A DNA stretch of 50,686 nucleotides, counting the filler, from Sphacelaria rigidula (taxonomy: Eukaryota), in assembly GCA_964200075.2 (NCBI GenBank). It is 3 parts of 3 records of this genome, joined end to end, with 100 filler letters (N's around TTAATTAATTAA, not from the genome) between each part and the next. Parts side by side here need not be neighbours in the genome. Positions count along the whole stretch, not along the records: positions 1 to 16,835 come from CAXNAA020001243.1; positions 16,936 to 33,761 come from CAXNAA020001244.1; 1 more part is not named here. The stretch is one strand, 5' to 3'. A model generated the notes under the pieces. The model was given only the letters and a program-made list of their open reading frames with translations. It was not told the origin of the DNA and did not search any database. The number at the start of each line of letters is the position of its first letter. The stretch's first letter is position 1. The position numbers and the translations under genes were made by a program. Positions 10,801 to 22,006 of this stretch are shown here, piece after piece.

Positions 10801-13175
10801 ACAAAATACGTAACCGCGGCGTCAGAGAAGCAAAAGAGCTACATTTGCGCCACTCTGCAAGCTTTACGTCCAGCGCGTAGGAAGCAAATATGGGAGAAGA
10901 GGCCAAATGAGCCACCTCATGATCCGAGTCAGTACTCTGATGAGAAGGAATGGGCAAGCAGCTTATAAGATGTTCCAAGTCCGCGTTATCATGAACATCT
11001 GCTCCTGAATCAAGAGGCAGAATTAACTGTTCATTTTGTGCACTCTCGAGGTAAAAAAACTGCCGATACTACAAAATCTCACAACTTCGCCACGCCTGCT
11101 CTGACCCTCAGGCTGGTTGTGAGAGTTTGGAAACGACATTCCACACAGATGCTACCTGAGGCAAACCCGAGGTTGCTGGTGTCTGATCGATCACAGTTTT
11201 GTTCGCTTTTATAGGTAAAAAGAGGCGCGGGCTGCCAACAAGTTAACCTTATCGGAACACCCTCGCTCGAAGCCTGACGCGGGGTTTGAGGGTTGAGCGG
11301 TTTCTCATGGACTGTGGAGATTGAGAAACGTGATTCTTCAGACATTATTTATATTTATAACTTCTTGTGAAAGAAAAATCATTTCTGGGTTCAACTTTTT
11401 GCACGCCAACTGGCAGTCGTGACCTGTCCGAGGCGGGGTTGTACTCGGCCAGGGACCACAGACTCGTGTTCTGCACACGCAAACAGCGACGGACGCACGA
11501 CAGCATATGTAGTTGGGTGTCGCGCAAAGAACTATGGCACAGCCCGAGTCGCTGCATCGTGACCATAGATTCAGGAAGCAGCACCAAAGTAAGCGATAAT
11601 TTGTCGTCGAAAAGAGCGTCACTGTTCGAGCCTGATGTTTCCTCGCCATGAACGATGTGGTGTGGTCAGCGAGGGCTATTTCGTTAATCACGGTGGACAC
11701 GACGAGCTCGTTATGGGGCCTACACCGACAGCAGTTAGGCTCCACATATATGTTTTGATGAGACGCGTGCATGTGGTGTGATGCTACGGTAAGGGTGCAT
11801 AAATATTTCCCGAGGTTATGATTGTTAGAAGGCCTTCATGTCATCTAAAACACGACTTATAACATACGTGAAAGTACGCCAGGATTAGCTTATTTTGATC
11901 TACTAGGGATATCCCAAATGAATTCGCAAGTTCAGATGCCGTGAATCAAATGCTTGTGCATCTAGAATCGTCAGGAGCCCGTCAACCGAACAAGATTTTC
12001 GCTACAAGTGCACCCCTACCGTAGCATTGTTCTACGCCCTTCTTCGTTTTAGATCAGCCATATATTTTTGTGCTTTGCGTTTGCTGAATCCTTCTTCCCT
12101 CTATTTCATTTTATTTCACGTCTGAGTCTACCATGTCGATGTGTTCGACTTTTTCTGTTTCTGTTTTTCAGCGAGTGTTTCGGATTTGTTTCATCTTGGG
12201 TACGTCCATCACGTGACCACGGCCAGATCCCTGAGGGATCAAAAGATCAGTTAGAGTGCGACAATCAACCAATCAATATGGAGGCCTGTTGGGCTAAATC
12301 GAGTTCTCTGACTCTGACTCACGTCGAACAATGGGGGGCATTTCTAAAATGACTGCGGGAGAGGTGGATTTCGTTGTGATATTTTCCGATTGAATATCTT
12401 CAGCGGTTTTTCTGGGAGAAAACGTTCCACAAGAAACGGTGTTCGCTAAACCCTCGTGACAATGGGACATACAAAGTGTTGGGGTGGCCGACGTACCTCT
12501 GTGGATTGTGTGTTGACAAAACTGCAAAAAAAAGGACTCTACTGCCAGGTTTTGAAACTTACTCAAGCGTACGGCAATAGTGATGGCGAGAATCTTCAGT
12601 GTTCGACAAACAAAACATTATGCTGAGCACACATCAAAATCAGCATGCTATATCCTGAGTTGTGGCACGATTTACCTGCACTGTAGAGAGAAACCACGCC
12701 CTATCACTAGTGTATCAATTGGTTCATCCCGTCTTACCCGCGAATGCGCAGTATTGATCATACCATCCATCGGCAACAAATCGTTGAAACACACCAAACT
12801 CGTATAGCAACCGGTTCGTCTGGGCGTACTCGCGACTTCATCAATTTCCATCTTCATTGAGGTTAGTCGCACTTCGACTGACCCCCCGAGAATCCAGACG
12901 TGGTCCCCTAGTGAAAAGTTCGTAGTGTGACGACGACTCTGACGAAAGCGTAGTATTCATCATACCATCCAACGAATCGTCAAAAAACACCAACCCCTCG
13001 CCTTGTCATTCATCTCTTGGCGAAGCTCAGCAGCAGTCTTCGGCTCGTGAACTGGGAACGCATGACTCGCGTAATCTTGCTCAAGCTTGGCCACTTCCGG
13101 GTGACCTTCAAATGCCTCCTTGTAGCCAGCCCAGTCAATCGGCGCCGGGGGCGTGGAGAACTGCTCGTGCTTTGA
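7878..13175 (-). CDS. ATP5PD: Mitochondrial ATP synthase subunit d (3' three exons; 5' exon(s) not resolved)
   Basis: Three phase-0 exons join in frame. 13175-13002: SKHEQFSTPPAPIDWAGYKEAFEGHPEVAKLEQDYASHAFPVHEPKTAAELRQEMNDK (acceptor ttttacag). 9093-8995: FVKADEVVENSTKAVADLTERVQYLRDNMTHKY (acceptor ttttacag, donor gtgagt). 7985-7878: TTLDDLYKKYEGLEDWVDDEIARRKWMDGCRPKIS* (acceptor acacag). The P-x-IDW-x-x-YK motif and the C-terminal T(L/V)DD...EI...W motif are typical of subunit d (ATP5H/ATP7). Confidence 0.88.
9278..9472. repeat. ~195-bp imperfect palindrome (head-to-head repeat modules)
   Basis: Paired blocks: cattcgctgtggg/cccacagcgaatg, actcat/atgagt, gaccattgaccacgca/tgcgtggtcaatggtc. 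Confidence 0.8.
10290..10480 (-). mobile_element. Decayed coding repeat, copy 2 (unclassified; may extend to ~11000)
   Basis: Inverted homolog of 1-160; part of ORF 10244-10477 (LRYSTRLRVNLPGLQGWKQSRRIDSYGTN). Confidence 0.55.
11781..12027. mobile_element. ~247-bp MITE, family A copy 1 (in the ATP synthase d intron)
   Basis: TIRs atgctacggtaagggtgca ... tgcacccctaccgtagcat. The interior aligns by eye with the reverse complement of 36430-36679 (e.g. aaagtacgcc, gggatatccc, tgtgcatctagaatcgt). Confidence 0.85.
12219..12277 (+). mobile_element. 3' end of a SINE/LINE-like repeat with (CAAT)-type tail, copy 1
   Basis: gatccctgagg...gatcagtta..gtgcgacaatcaaccaatcaat is shared with 36903-36958. 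The short tandem tail suggests a non-LTR 3' end (inference). Confidence 0.55.
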
Positions 13176-13183
13176 CTGTAAAA

Positions 13184-13229
13184 TACACACACGAACACGA
13201 ACACGAACACGAACACACACACACACACA
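13184..13229 (+). repeat. Compound (ACACGA)n-(CA)n microsatellite abutting a splice acceptor
   Basis: Directly visible; on the sense strand it reads (TG)n(TTCGTG)n..tattttacag. Confidence 0.9.
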
Positions 13230-14539
13230 GGCACGAAGCGAGCGAAGAAAAAATGGAGCATCGATAACACATGTGCGTGAGTGAGTGTCACTCACGGTGG
13301 CATGTGAGAGAAAATGTGGCAATTTAGGGCTGATTATCTTACGTTGAATGAGTTTGTTCGACGAAGTTGACGCGGTGCAGGAGTGCTGAACCACTCCGCA
13401 AGACCGAAATATAAGGCGTGTACCGGGGGAGAGATCGGATTATCCCTCAAAACCACGGGCTCGTCCCGAGCAAGGGGAGGCGTCCAGAGTGTGACAAATG
13501 GATAAAATAATACGGGCAGATATGACAAGGCGAATTTCACTCCGCTCGTGGTCAGTGCCGCCTGTCTGACTCCCTATGCGTTGCCAGCATAACTTTACAG
13601 TGCTTGCTATATTGTTGTGGAACCGTGTAAGCAGAGACAATGTCAGCATGCAGTAAAATGTACTCAGGGGAGAGCGAATGCACCCTGACTGGTTCTTACC
13701 GGTATATCCAGCAAATTCATACAGGACACATACTGACTCTGCAATAATGAGACTGCAGTGTCAAAACCACTCAGGGGTTCTCGAGGACCTGCATCCACGG
13801 GATACCCAACATCCACAGGTTCATGAAAAAAGGCATCTCGTGCAGCAAGGAGAAAGACGCTCTGAAACCCCAGATGTGGCATGGTCAATCGATCTCAGGG
13901 GGGTTCACAGTCCAAGGGTTAACGGGAAACAACATGCTTTCAACCATCATGTTCAGCCCTCGAGTGGGGTAAACCGTACTCGGAACAGAAACCGAGCGAC
14001 AGGCGCAACCGTTTGGCACGGATCTGCGGGTCTGAGCGTTCAACAGGCTAATCGTTCGGCCGCCCCACAGTACATTAACCTGTGAAGTCGGCACCATTTT
14101 CATATGGGAAAATGATCACGACCCAGATGTCCAGAGGTGTGCGATCAAAGGGTAGGGTACATCGAGATATCCGAGAACTCTTCAAGTCAAAATCTCTCGA
14201 GACGGTGGACTATTCCTTTCTGCAATAATAACCGACTCTAAAGTTGAACTCTCTGACCCGCTATTGGATTACCCGAGTTTTGCATTTATTCTTGAAGTGA
14301 AAAGTATGCGGATACAACATATGCCCGATCCTGCGGTGAATGGAAAGTGAGTGACACCTGTCCGTGTCTTCACGAAGTCGCAGCAGACGGAGGGTGTAGA
14401 GGCGATAGGGCGAACATGGCGGTACCGATATAATAAACACCACAGACGAAGAGGAGAGCACAATTCGGTCACCATGATGTTGTCTATTCCATTACACGCC
14501 ATGCTCTCAACCTTCGGTTCCTTGCGTGGCTGTGTACAG

Positions 14540-15870
14540 AAGCGGCGGAGCTCTCCTCAACAGAAACTGTCCAAGTTCATCGTGTCGCACATGCGCACGC
14601 ATCAAACAAAAGTTACTCCGCGACCGACTGAGACGTACCCCTCGACGGGGTTATTTTTCACCTGTATTTCTTGGGGTACGCCATCGAGAAGTAGGTTTTA
14701 TCCGGGCGGCTCTCTACGGTCACGTGGGCGATTCGAGCGCCATTTGTTGCGTTGCGTGCTGACAACCCCGAGGCAATACACTGCAGCGCCCATTTCAGGG
14801 CACGCCCCGCGGTCAGATCAGTAAGCCGGAAACTATTTTCAAATTATGTTTTTTTCAGGTCTGGGATGTACGCGTTCAAAGCTGGAAGGTAAGGCCGCGG
14901 CCATGGGCTACGTATGGATGGTCAGCACCAGGATGTAGGATATGATCAGGAAGGGTTTTGCGTGGGCGCGATAAAAATGTCAAGAGATTGGATTGTAAAA
15001 GCGAGTGTATTTGGGAGGAGCATCCCGGGACATGAGAGGAAGAGGGGACTTCTCGTCTGTGGTCATCGTGTCTTCCTCGAACAGCCCATTTACTCTCGTC
15101 ATCTCGGTTAGCAGCCGCTAACAGTTATGGGGGGGACCGGAGGGCCTCACAAAAAAAAAGTGCTGAGAAACAATGAACACATCAGTTGGTGGTCGCACCT
15201 GTTCCGAGGCCCCCTCGAGCAGAACGCACGCTTCATCACTTATGAACTTGGTGTACTATGGGACAGCTCTAGCATGGGAGATCGCGTCGTTCTCGACACA
15301 GGAAGCAAGCCAGCTCACGGCACTTCACACCCTCCCGCATACACACAAGATCTCGTGGATTCTAGTACACATTTTCCTGGCGTCGCGCCAGCAGCGAAAA
15401 ACCCTCCCTCCCAGTGCGCAAAACACCTCATTTTTGTACGTTTGGCCCAGTATCACGCTCGAACGATGAAGCGGAATGGGCTGACCTAGCTTGGGTGTGT
15501 GGGAAGCGCACGCAAGAAACTGCAGTCCAATCCTCTGCTTCGTCGCCGAGTTCTACGCGTTGCGTGATCGGCACTTTTGGGTTGAGGATTAGTATCTAGC
15601 GCTATTGAAGGTCCAACATCGCAAATTCAAAAACATAGGTGCGAGTGTTGTTTTTTCTCCCCGCAAGTTGTCACGGCGTGCAGTTTGGTTGCGTGTCGGA
15701 AGGGACTTCTGCTTAGTTTTGGGCGGCTGTGCACTACAGGCAATTTCGCCCTTCAACAGCGAGTATCCCTTGAAGTGTCGAATTTCAGAGTGGGAGTTCA
15801 CAGAAGAAATACAAAGCTGGCGGCTGCTTCGTGTCATAGCTCCAGTGCAGAAGCCGAGGCGTCTAGGGCG
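14540..15870 (+). mobile_element. Heavily decayed hAT-like transposase remnant
   Basis: Motif fragments appear in the expected order across frameshifts: AAELSSTETVQVHRV (~14541), WEIASF/LDTGSK (~15275-15310; cf. hAT AxxLDPRxK), EYPLK (~15761) and SSSAEAE (~15838; cf. dimerisation-domain SSAxxER). No intact ORF. Confidence 0.4.
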
Positions 15871-16835
15871 ATTGTAGTACTTGCATTGCATTACATCTGC
15901 TGGCGACTGTTGTGATCATGTACTTACGTAATTGTCTGTTTATATATACATGCTACTATGAGAGTGTGATGCAAACTATGCGACGGTCGACAGCTTCGTT
16001 TTGGGCTGCATATTTTTTTCTTCCAGCGGGCAGTGTGTGACGGTGTTTCACTTTGTGGCGTGCTGCCGGGTGCTGCTTCGTTCTGTACGTATGTGAACAA
16101 TGGGCAAATAAGCCTTTCAACAGGGAGTAGTACCCGACGTGTATTGAGTTGCAGAGGACGACGTAACACATGAACTTTGGCTGTTGGATTTGAGGGTACC
16201 AGCGGAAAAACCGGGGCGCCAAGGGCGATTTTTATTTCAGACTACACACTGACAATGTATGAACAGGTCGGCAGGGCCACGATGTTTTGACTGACACCCT
16301 GTATATCATGAAAATGATATGTGAACCATGTGAATTACACCGACTTACATTTTCGACCAAATGCTATTTTTTGGGACCGATGTCACGACATTTGTCTTGG
16401 TGGCGGTCCGCCATGTGCTACTCTGTTTTGTGGGGATGCGTACAAAGGACAACCTCACGCATCATGAGCGAATACTCTTACACCCCTTGGCTTGTAAAGG
16501 ACGAGTTCACCGATGAAACACGGCCGTCCTGTGACAGACGTTTTCGAGACAGAACCCAAGGGATGCGCGACGCTGCTGCTCATGGTATCCAAATTTCCGT
16601 ACTTTCTCGTTCTAGCACGATGTCAGGTACGCCTTTTACTGCAGATGCGTTGGTGTGTGGCGGCCACAAGTGCTGCTGTTCGTCTTCTTGTCTTCGCAAT
16701 GGTGGTAAACGTGGGCTGCCAGCTCAGGGGCGTGCGCTTCCCGAGTAGTACAGCAGCTGAACACTACGAGCTGGGCCAGCCTAGAGGCTGCATGAACGTT
16801 TGCAGGCGAATGCGCCGGCCAATATTTGGAGTTAG

Positions 16836-16935
16836 NNNNNNNNNNNNNNNNNNNNNNNNNNNNNNNNNNNNNNNNNNNNTTAATTAATTAANNNNNNNNN
16901 NNNNNNNNNNNNNNNNNNNNNNNNNNNNNNNNNNN
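16836..16935. other. Artificial contig linker (44 N + TTAATTAATTAA + 44 N)
   Basis: Exactly 100 bp; the 12-mer puts stop codons in all six frames; identical to 33762-33861. Confidence 0.95.
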
Positions 16936-18704
16936 TTTTGTTTGGTTATTTGTTGTTTGGGGGGGTGCACCCTTTCTCCGGTTGGCAGTGGGTTTTTTTT
17001 TTTTTTTTTTTCACTTGTGTTCACACCTCTTATGCGTGTGCTGTCTTGCCGAGCCAGCAATCTCCGGAGACTCGTCCGTGAGTTTGTGGACTCTTCTTGC
17101 TACCAGTAGTCAACCACCAGTTTTCTTGTTTTCCACTCCCCCACCAATAGTTGTACGACCTTCGCTTTCCCTCTAAACTGTCGTTTTTGTTTTCATTCGT
17201 CGGGCCCATGGGGGGCGGAATTCGGACCCGGGAACTTCTGCGTAGTTCATGAGCATTCAGAGTTATCTCACCGTTGTCACCAATGTGAAAATGTGATGAA
17301 ATGTCGACGAGAACTTGTGAGAATTCATCTCATCTTCTTGTCCAGAACCCTCATGACAGTAGATCGTGGAGAATTCCCGCCCATCGCCGAGTACTACACG
17401 ATACTACTACTGCACAACGCAGAGGCCCCGAAATAAAAAGCAGATGCAGAATAACTCGCCGGCACTTGTACCCCATGTCGCCCTGGACGTGCAGTACCCG
17501 GACAGACACCCTCTATCCAGGCTTGTCCCATGACAGAACCAAGCACACTCGCCGTCAGTACAAAACATTTCGCCAGTATGATCTTTAATCAACTTGCATC
17601 GGCGAAGAGCACCACAGCAGTACCCTCATTCCGAGAGAGAACAGCCCAGTATGTGCCTGCCGTGATCAGCGAGCTGCTGTTGACAGGGGCCAGTAGTCCC
17701 GTTGCCACCCTACTGATGACATAGTGCACTACCCGCTACGGGACTATGCGGGGATGACACGGGAGTTCGGCCGCACTCTTTGCTGGAATGGGGGCACCGC
17801 CGTAGTCAGCAGAGTTGCTTCTGCGGGTGTTCTTGTTGGTTAGAACGAACCAATTGATGTACAGGCAGTGACTATTTTACCGAAGATCCTGCCGAGTTGA
17901 CAGGGCAACAAAGTTTATTCGTCTTACTCACCTGCATCCGTTGGAGGATCTCATGGACTCGCTTCAGCGGGGGCGAGCTGGAGACGATCATGATCTTCTG
18001 TCAGATGCTTCTTCCCAAAACTCTTCCGTTATTGCAGAACCTTCGCTCAAGTGCAGTAGCCACTAAATACCGCTGCTTCCGACAGACCGTATGTGTGGCC
18101 AGATCTGTGTAAGCACGGGGGATTCAGAACAGTAGTTCTCGCCTCGCGGCGACTCCTCTAACTCCCTCTGATGCTCGCAAGTGTTACGGCCCGGCGGTTC
18201 GTTCGAAAGCATATATACCCCCAGACAATCGCGGGACAGGTCGGGTCTACGCAGCGCAGCTCGATGACTGATGACCGTCTAGCTAGCCCTACTGCTCATC
18301 GCGGGCGTAGCCACCGGCATGCTTCCCCCGATATATCGTGAGATATATCAGTATGTGAGATATTTGGGTCATAGGCAGCCAGCCGAGGCAGCGCTTTCCC
18401 CGTGCTGCCTCAACAGCACCGCCGCCTATCCCGAAGGCCAAGGAGAGTGGGGGAGATTTTGCGGGATGAAACCGTCGGAAACTTTGAACAAAAAGATGCG
18501 GTGCAACTAAGATGTATTTACATTGTACGAGAGGTAGCATTGCAAGAACCGGCATGTAGCGCTATGCAAGCAGGACGGAGGAAGAGAGACGCACGGACGG
18601 AGGGAGATAGTTAGGTGAAGAAAATGGGCGGGAGTACGCATGCCGAATCAGAAAAATTGGCCCAAAAAGTATAGAAGTCCAGAGGGAGAATAAGGGTAGC
18701 GTAC

Positions 18705-18752
18705 CTGACCCGTGCGTGAACAGTCAAGTTGGTCGAAGACTACCTTCACCAT
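18705..18752 (-). CDS. Candidate first coding exon (MVKVVFDQLDCSRTGQ), possibly of the ATP synthase d gene
   Basis: ATG in an aagATGG context, 16 codons, then a phase-0 donor CAG|gtacgc. Joined directly to 13175 the N-terminus would be short for subunit d, so an intervening exon would be needed, perhaps lost in the gap at 16836-16935. Unconfirmed. Confidence 0.3.
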
Positions 18753-19278
18753 CTTCGGAAATTGCAGGAAGAAACCGACGCCAAGTAGAGTCCGATGGAT
18801 GTAAGGAGTCATCGCCATTGCTACTTACAGCTACTACTGTGGCATAACCTTCAAATGCCTTTGATACATACCAGGCATGTATCAACCATAGCACACAGTG
18901 CCGACATTACAGCACAGTCCGGCGTGAGATTGGGCAAGGAACATGTTGAACGTCTGGCGGGTGAACTATAATAGCCTCAAATCGACCCGATTGCGGCGCT
19001 ATATTGGCCCGAACAAAGTGGTCAAGGGAACGTGCCCCTCCTGTAGCCCGTATGCTCATCATCTGCCCCAAATATCGCGTCCCACCACCTCCCACGTTTC
19101 AGGTAAGCCGGGGCCACAAGCGCTAGAGCCCTTTTGTTGGAAATAACAAGAAAACCTGCAGATGTGAAATTGTGACATTGTTTCTGATACTGTTTCGAGG
19201 AGTGACGCCCGCTGCCCGCCGCACATTTGCGATGTGTACAGTACAGACATAATATATTTTGAAGGGCAATAGGAACAC

Positions 19279-20685
19279 GTGGGTGCACCAACTCCTCTTC
19301 AGCCCCAAGTGGATGCAGATGAACGCGAAAGTTGGAGCTGCCCGTGCCAGGCCCAAACCACTCAAAAATCAATCTCGGCACAAAGGCGTCATGCCCACAG
19401 CCCATGCATGCACACCACCTCTCGCCAAAAATAAAGCGGGATTTAGGGCCGAACAGCACCGCCGGGTACCGGGGCCTCGCAGAGTATCCGCATATGTCCG
19501 ACAATGGGATAGGGCCACCCACGACCTACTACTAGCCGTATATTTATCTTATATCCCCCTTCTGTCAATTTTTGGAACTATTTTGGTCCGAAGTGTACTA
19601 ACGTTTGGCCACCGTCAGCCTTCCACAGCCACTGCCCGAAACCGTCGTAGTTTCCCGTTCTGACACACACATGCTCTACTCGAGGTTGATCATCGTTAGG
19701 CCCTCGGACTTGACTTGAACGGGCCCTTTTGGAACACACACACACACATATATTTTTGTCGGAGGTTTTCTGCTTTCCAACAGGAAACTGCGCGTGGGGT
19801 ACATACTGTTGTTGCACTATGGATGTCTGCCTTTCATCATTATTCCAAGCTGCTTTAGCAATACAAAAGCATTCCCCAGCATTGTGACAGCATGATCATT
19901 ACAAGAGAAATATACCAACAACGTTCTAAACCCCGTAAAAATATGAAGTGGCTAGACACGCACACACGGTGTGTGTAGTCATGAACCACGTCGGCGAACG
20001 CCACAAGGAGGGCCTTCCTTCTCTGACGAAAAGTGGACCCGATGCGCTACAACGTTGTGGAGTGGTTCACCCGTTGTATTTTGGAATTGGCAGTTTATTG
20101 TTGCGCCTGCCGTTTTATCTGTGTTCCGGAGTTGGGCAACTTATTGGTGCGTTTTTTTTTTTTAAATGGTCGTGGCACTGTGCTCATCACCCCGCAGGGG
20201 TCTCGTTTTCGTTGCATGGAAAACACCGACGGCGGGGTCTCCAGTCTCCAGGCCGTAGAAAGAGGTAGAAAGAAGCACTGGAGACGTTATGTGGCCATTT
20301 GATTTTGTACCGTGTGTTGGATTGGACGGTGGCTGTGGAAGGCCGATGGTGGCCAAACGTTAGTACACTTCGAACCGAAACAGTTCCGAAATCAGGGGAA
20401 AAGGGGGATATAAGATAAATATACGACCAGTGGTAGATCGTGGGTGGCCCCATCCCATTGTCGGACATATGAGGATACTCTGCGAGGCTCCGGTACCCGG
20501 CGGTGCTGTTTGGCCCTAAATCCCGCTTTATTTTTGGCGAGAGGTGGTGTACATGCATGGGCTGTGGGCGTGCCGCCTTTGCGCCGGGATTGGTTCTTGA
20601 GTGGTTTTGGCCTAGCACGGACAGCTCCAACGTTCGCGTTCATCTACACCCACTTTGTGGCTGAAGAAGGAGTTGGTGCGCCCAC
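19279..20685. mobile_element. 1.4-kb element with ~360-bp inverted arms (foldback/long-TIR non-autonomous transposon)
   Basis: 19279-~19637 is the reverse complement of ~20324-20685 with high similarity (e.g. caccacctctcgccaaaaataaagcgggatttagggcc is exact). The same spurious ORF peptides appear on opposite strands. No TSD identified. Confidence 0.8.
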
Positions 20686-22006
20686 TGATGTCTATCGACT
20701 TTTTTTGCCGGATCTATCCCTCGATCCATCACCACACAAGTACATGCTCTAAATCACTCACACGTTGGATATGCCCCTTACGTACAAACGCACAAAAGTA
20801 AAGACCAACCACACAAAGAGAAAGTAAAGCACAATAGTTTGCCCTCGCCCTCTTCACACTAGTTATCGCGTTGTCCACAGTCGTCGCTTCTCCAGTCATA
20901 TCACTGCGAGATCGTTCACCTTTTCACTTCACGAAGGTACGGCTCCTGCGTAGACAGCACCAAGCCGTAGAGTGGTATGATCAGTACGCCCCGTGTTCGT
21001 GCGGTATTTTGCGACCGGCTCGCTCATCACAGCAATGCGATAATCACAGGCAGGTAACATGCGTTGAAAAAAACGAGTCAGGATTGCATACAGTTTACCA
21101 CATACCTGTCATAATCGGAGGAGTCGTTTCTTCTTTCTTGTCTTTTCAATGTTTCCCCTCTTTGGGAACAAGTCTGGGATCTCAAGGAACCGACCTATTG
21201 TTGTCTCGGTGCATGGCTGGTCGTTTGGTGTCGCGCATGGGATCGGCACTCTCGCACCGCGTTGGCTCACGTCATTTTTTTTTGCTTCTCACGTTTTCAC
21301 GTTTCCAACCACAGAAACTACGTTCTTTTGAAAAAAAACGGTACCAGATAGCATCAGAATGACAAAAACTTCTGCTCTAACCGGCTATAGATGTACCCGT
21401 TAGACTATGAGGCGACGGTGACATTTGGGTATATCATTCACCCACTTGATTCCCGCGCAGCTCTTGTAGATCGCAGGAATGAAGGTGCATGGATAGCCTG
21501 TTGCTTTGCGAAAGTGTGGAGTGCATACCAGTCTATCCATTTCCCAAGTCCTTGCCGTGTGACCTAACGCTCAAGACAACAATATCGATCATGACCGGAG
21601 ACATCGACATTTTTGCCTAACGAAACAGCGCGCAGAATAGTTCAGTGAAGCCCATAGGGGCTGAGCAAACCTGGCTGACATTTCGCCACTCGGCTTGAGC
21701 AACACATGTCCTCAGAAATATACTACGTTTTTGTTGCGGAAGATCAGCGATAATCGCACACTATAATCCCATCCTAAACTGCCTGCGAGCTGACACCTGA
21801 CATCCCTCATCGATTTGGGAGTGGCCACATCGAGTTTCCGATGAAACCATAACGATCTATTTTTCGCTCTCAATGTCAGATTACCAGGAGCGCTTGGTGC
21901 GCACGCTAAACTCCGGACTTCTCCACCGTATATTCTACGTTTGCCCCAACCGTAACGCTTAACTCACACAGGGAACCAAGTACCCATGCGGAAGCTATAG
22001 CGAATC

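Noticed and set aside
13343-13385. 43-nt AG/GT-bounded segment as a missing ATP synthase d exon
   Set aside because: The frame compatible with the next exon gives a peptide unlike subunit d, and the length is not a multiple of three.
19022-20752. Paired similar ORFs on opposite strands
   Set aside because: Explained by the inverted arms; no domain motifs or splice structure.
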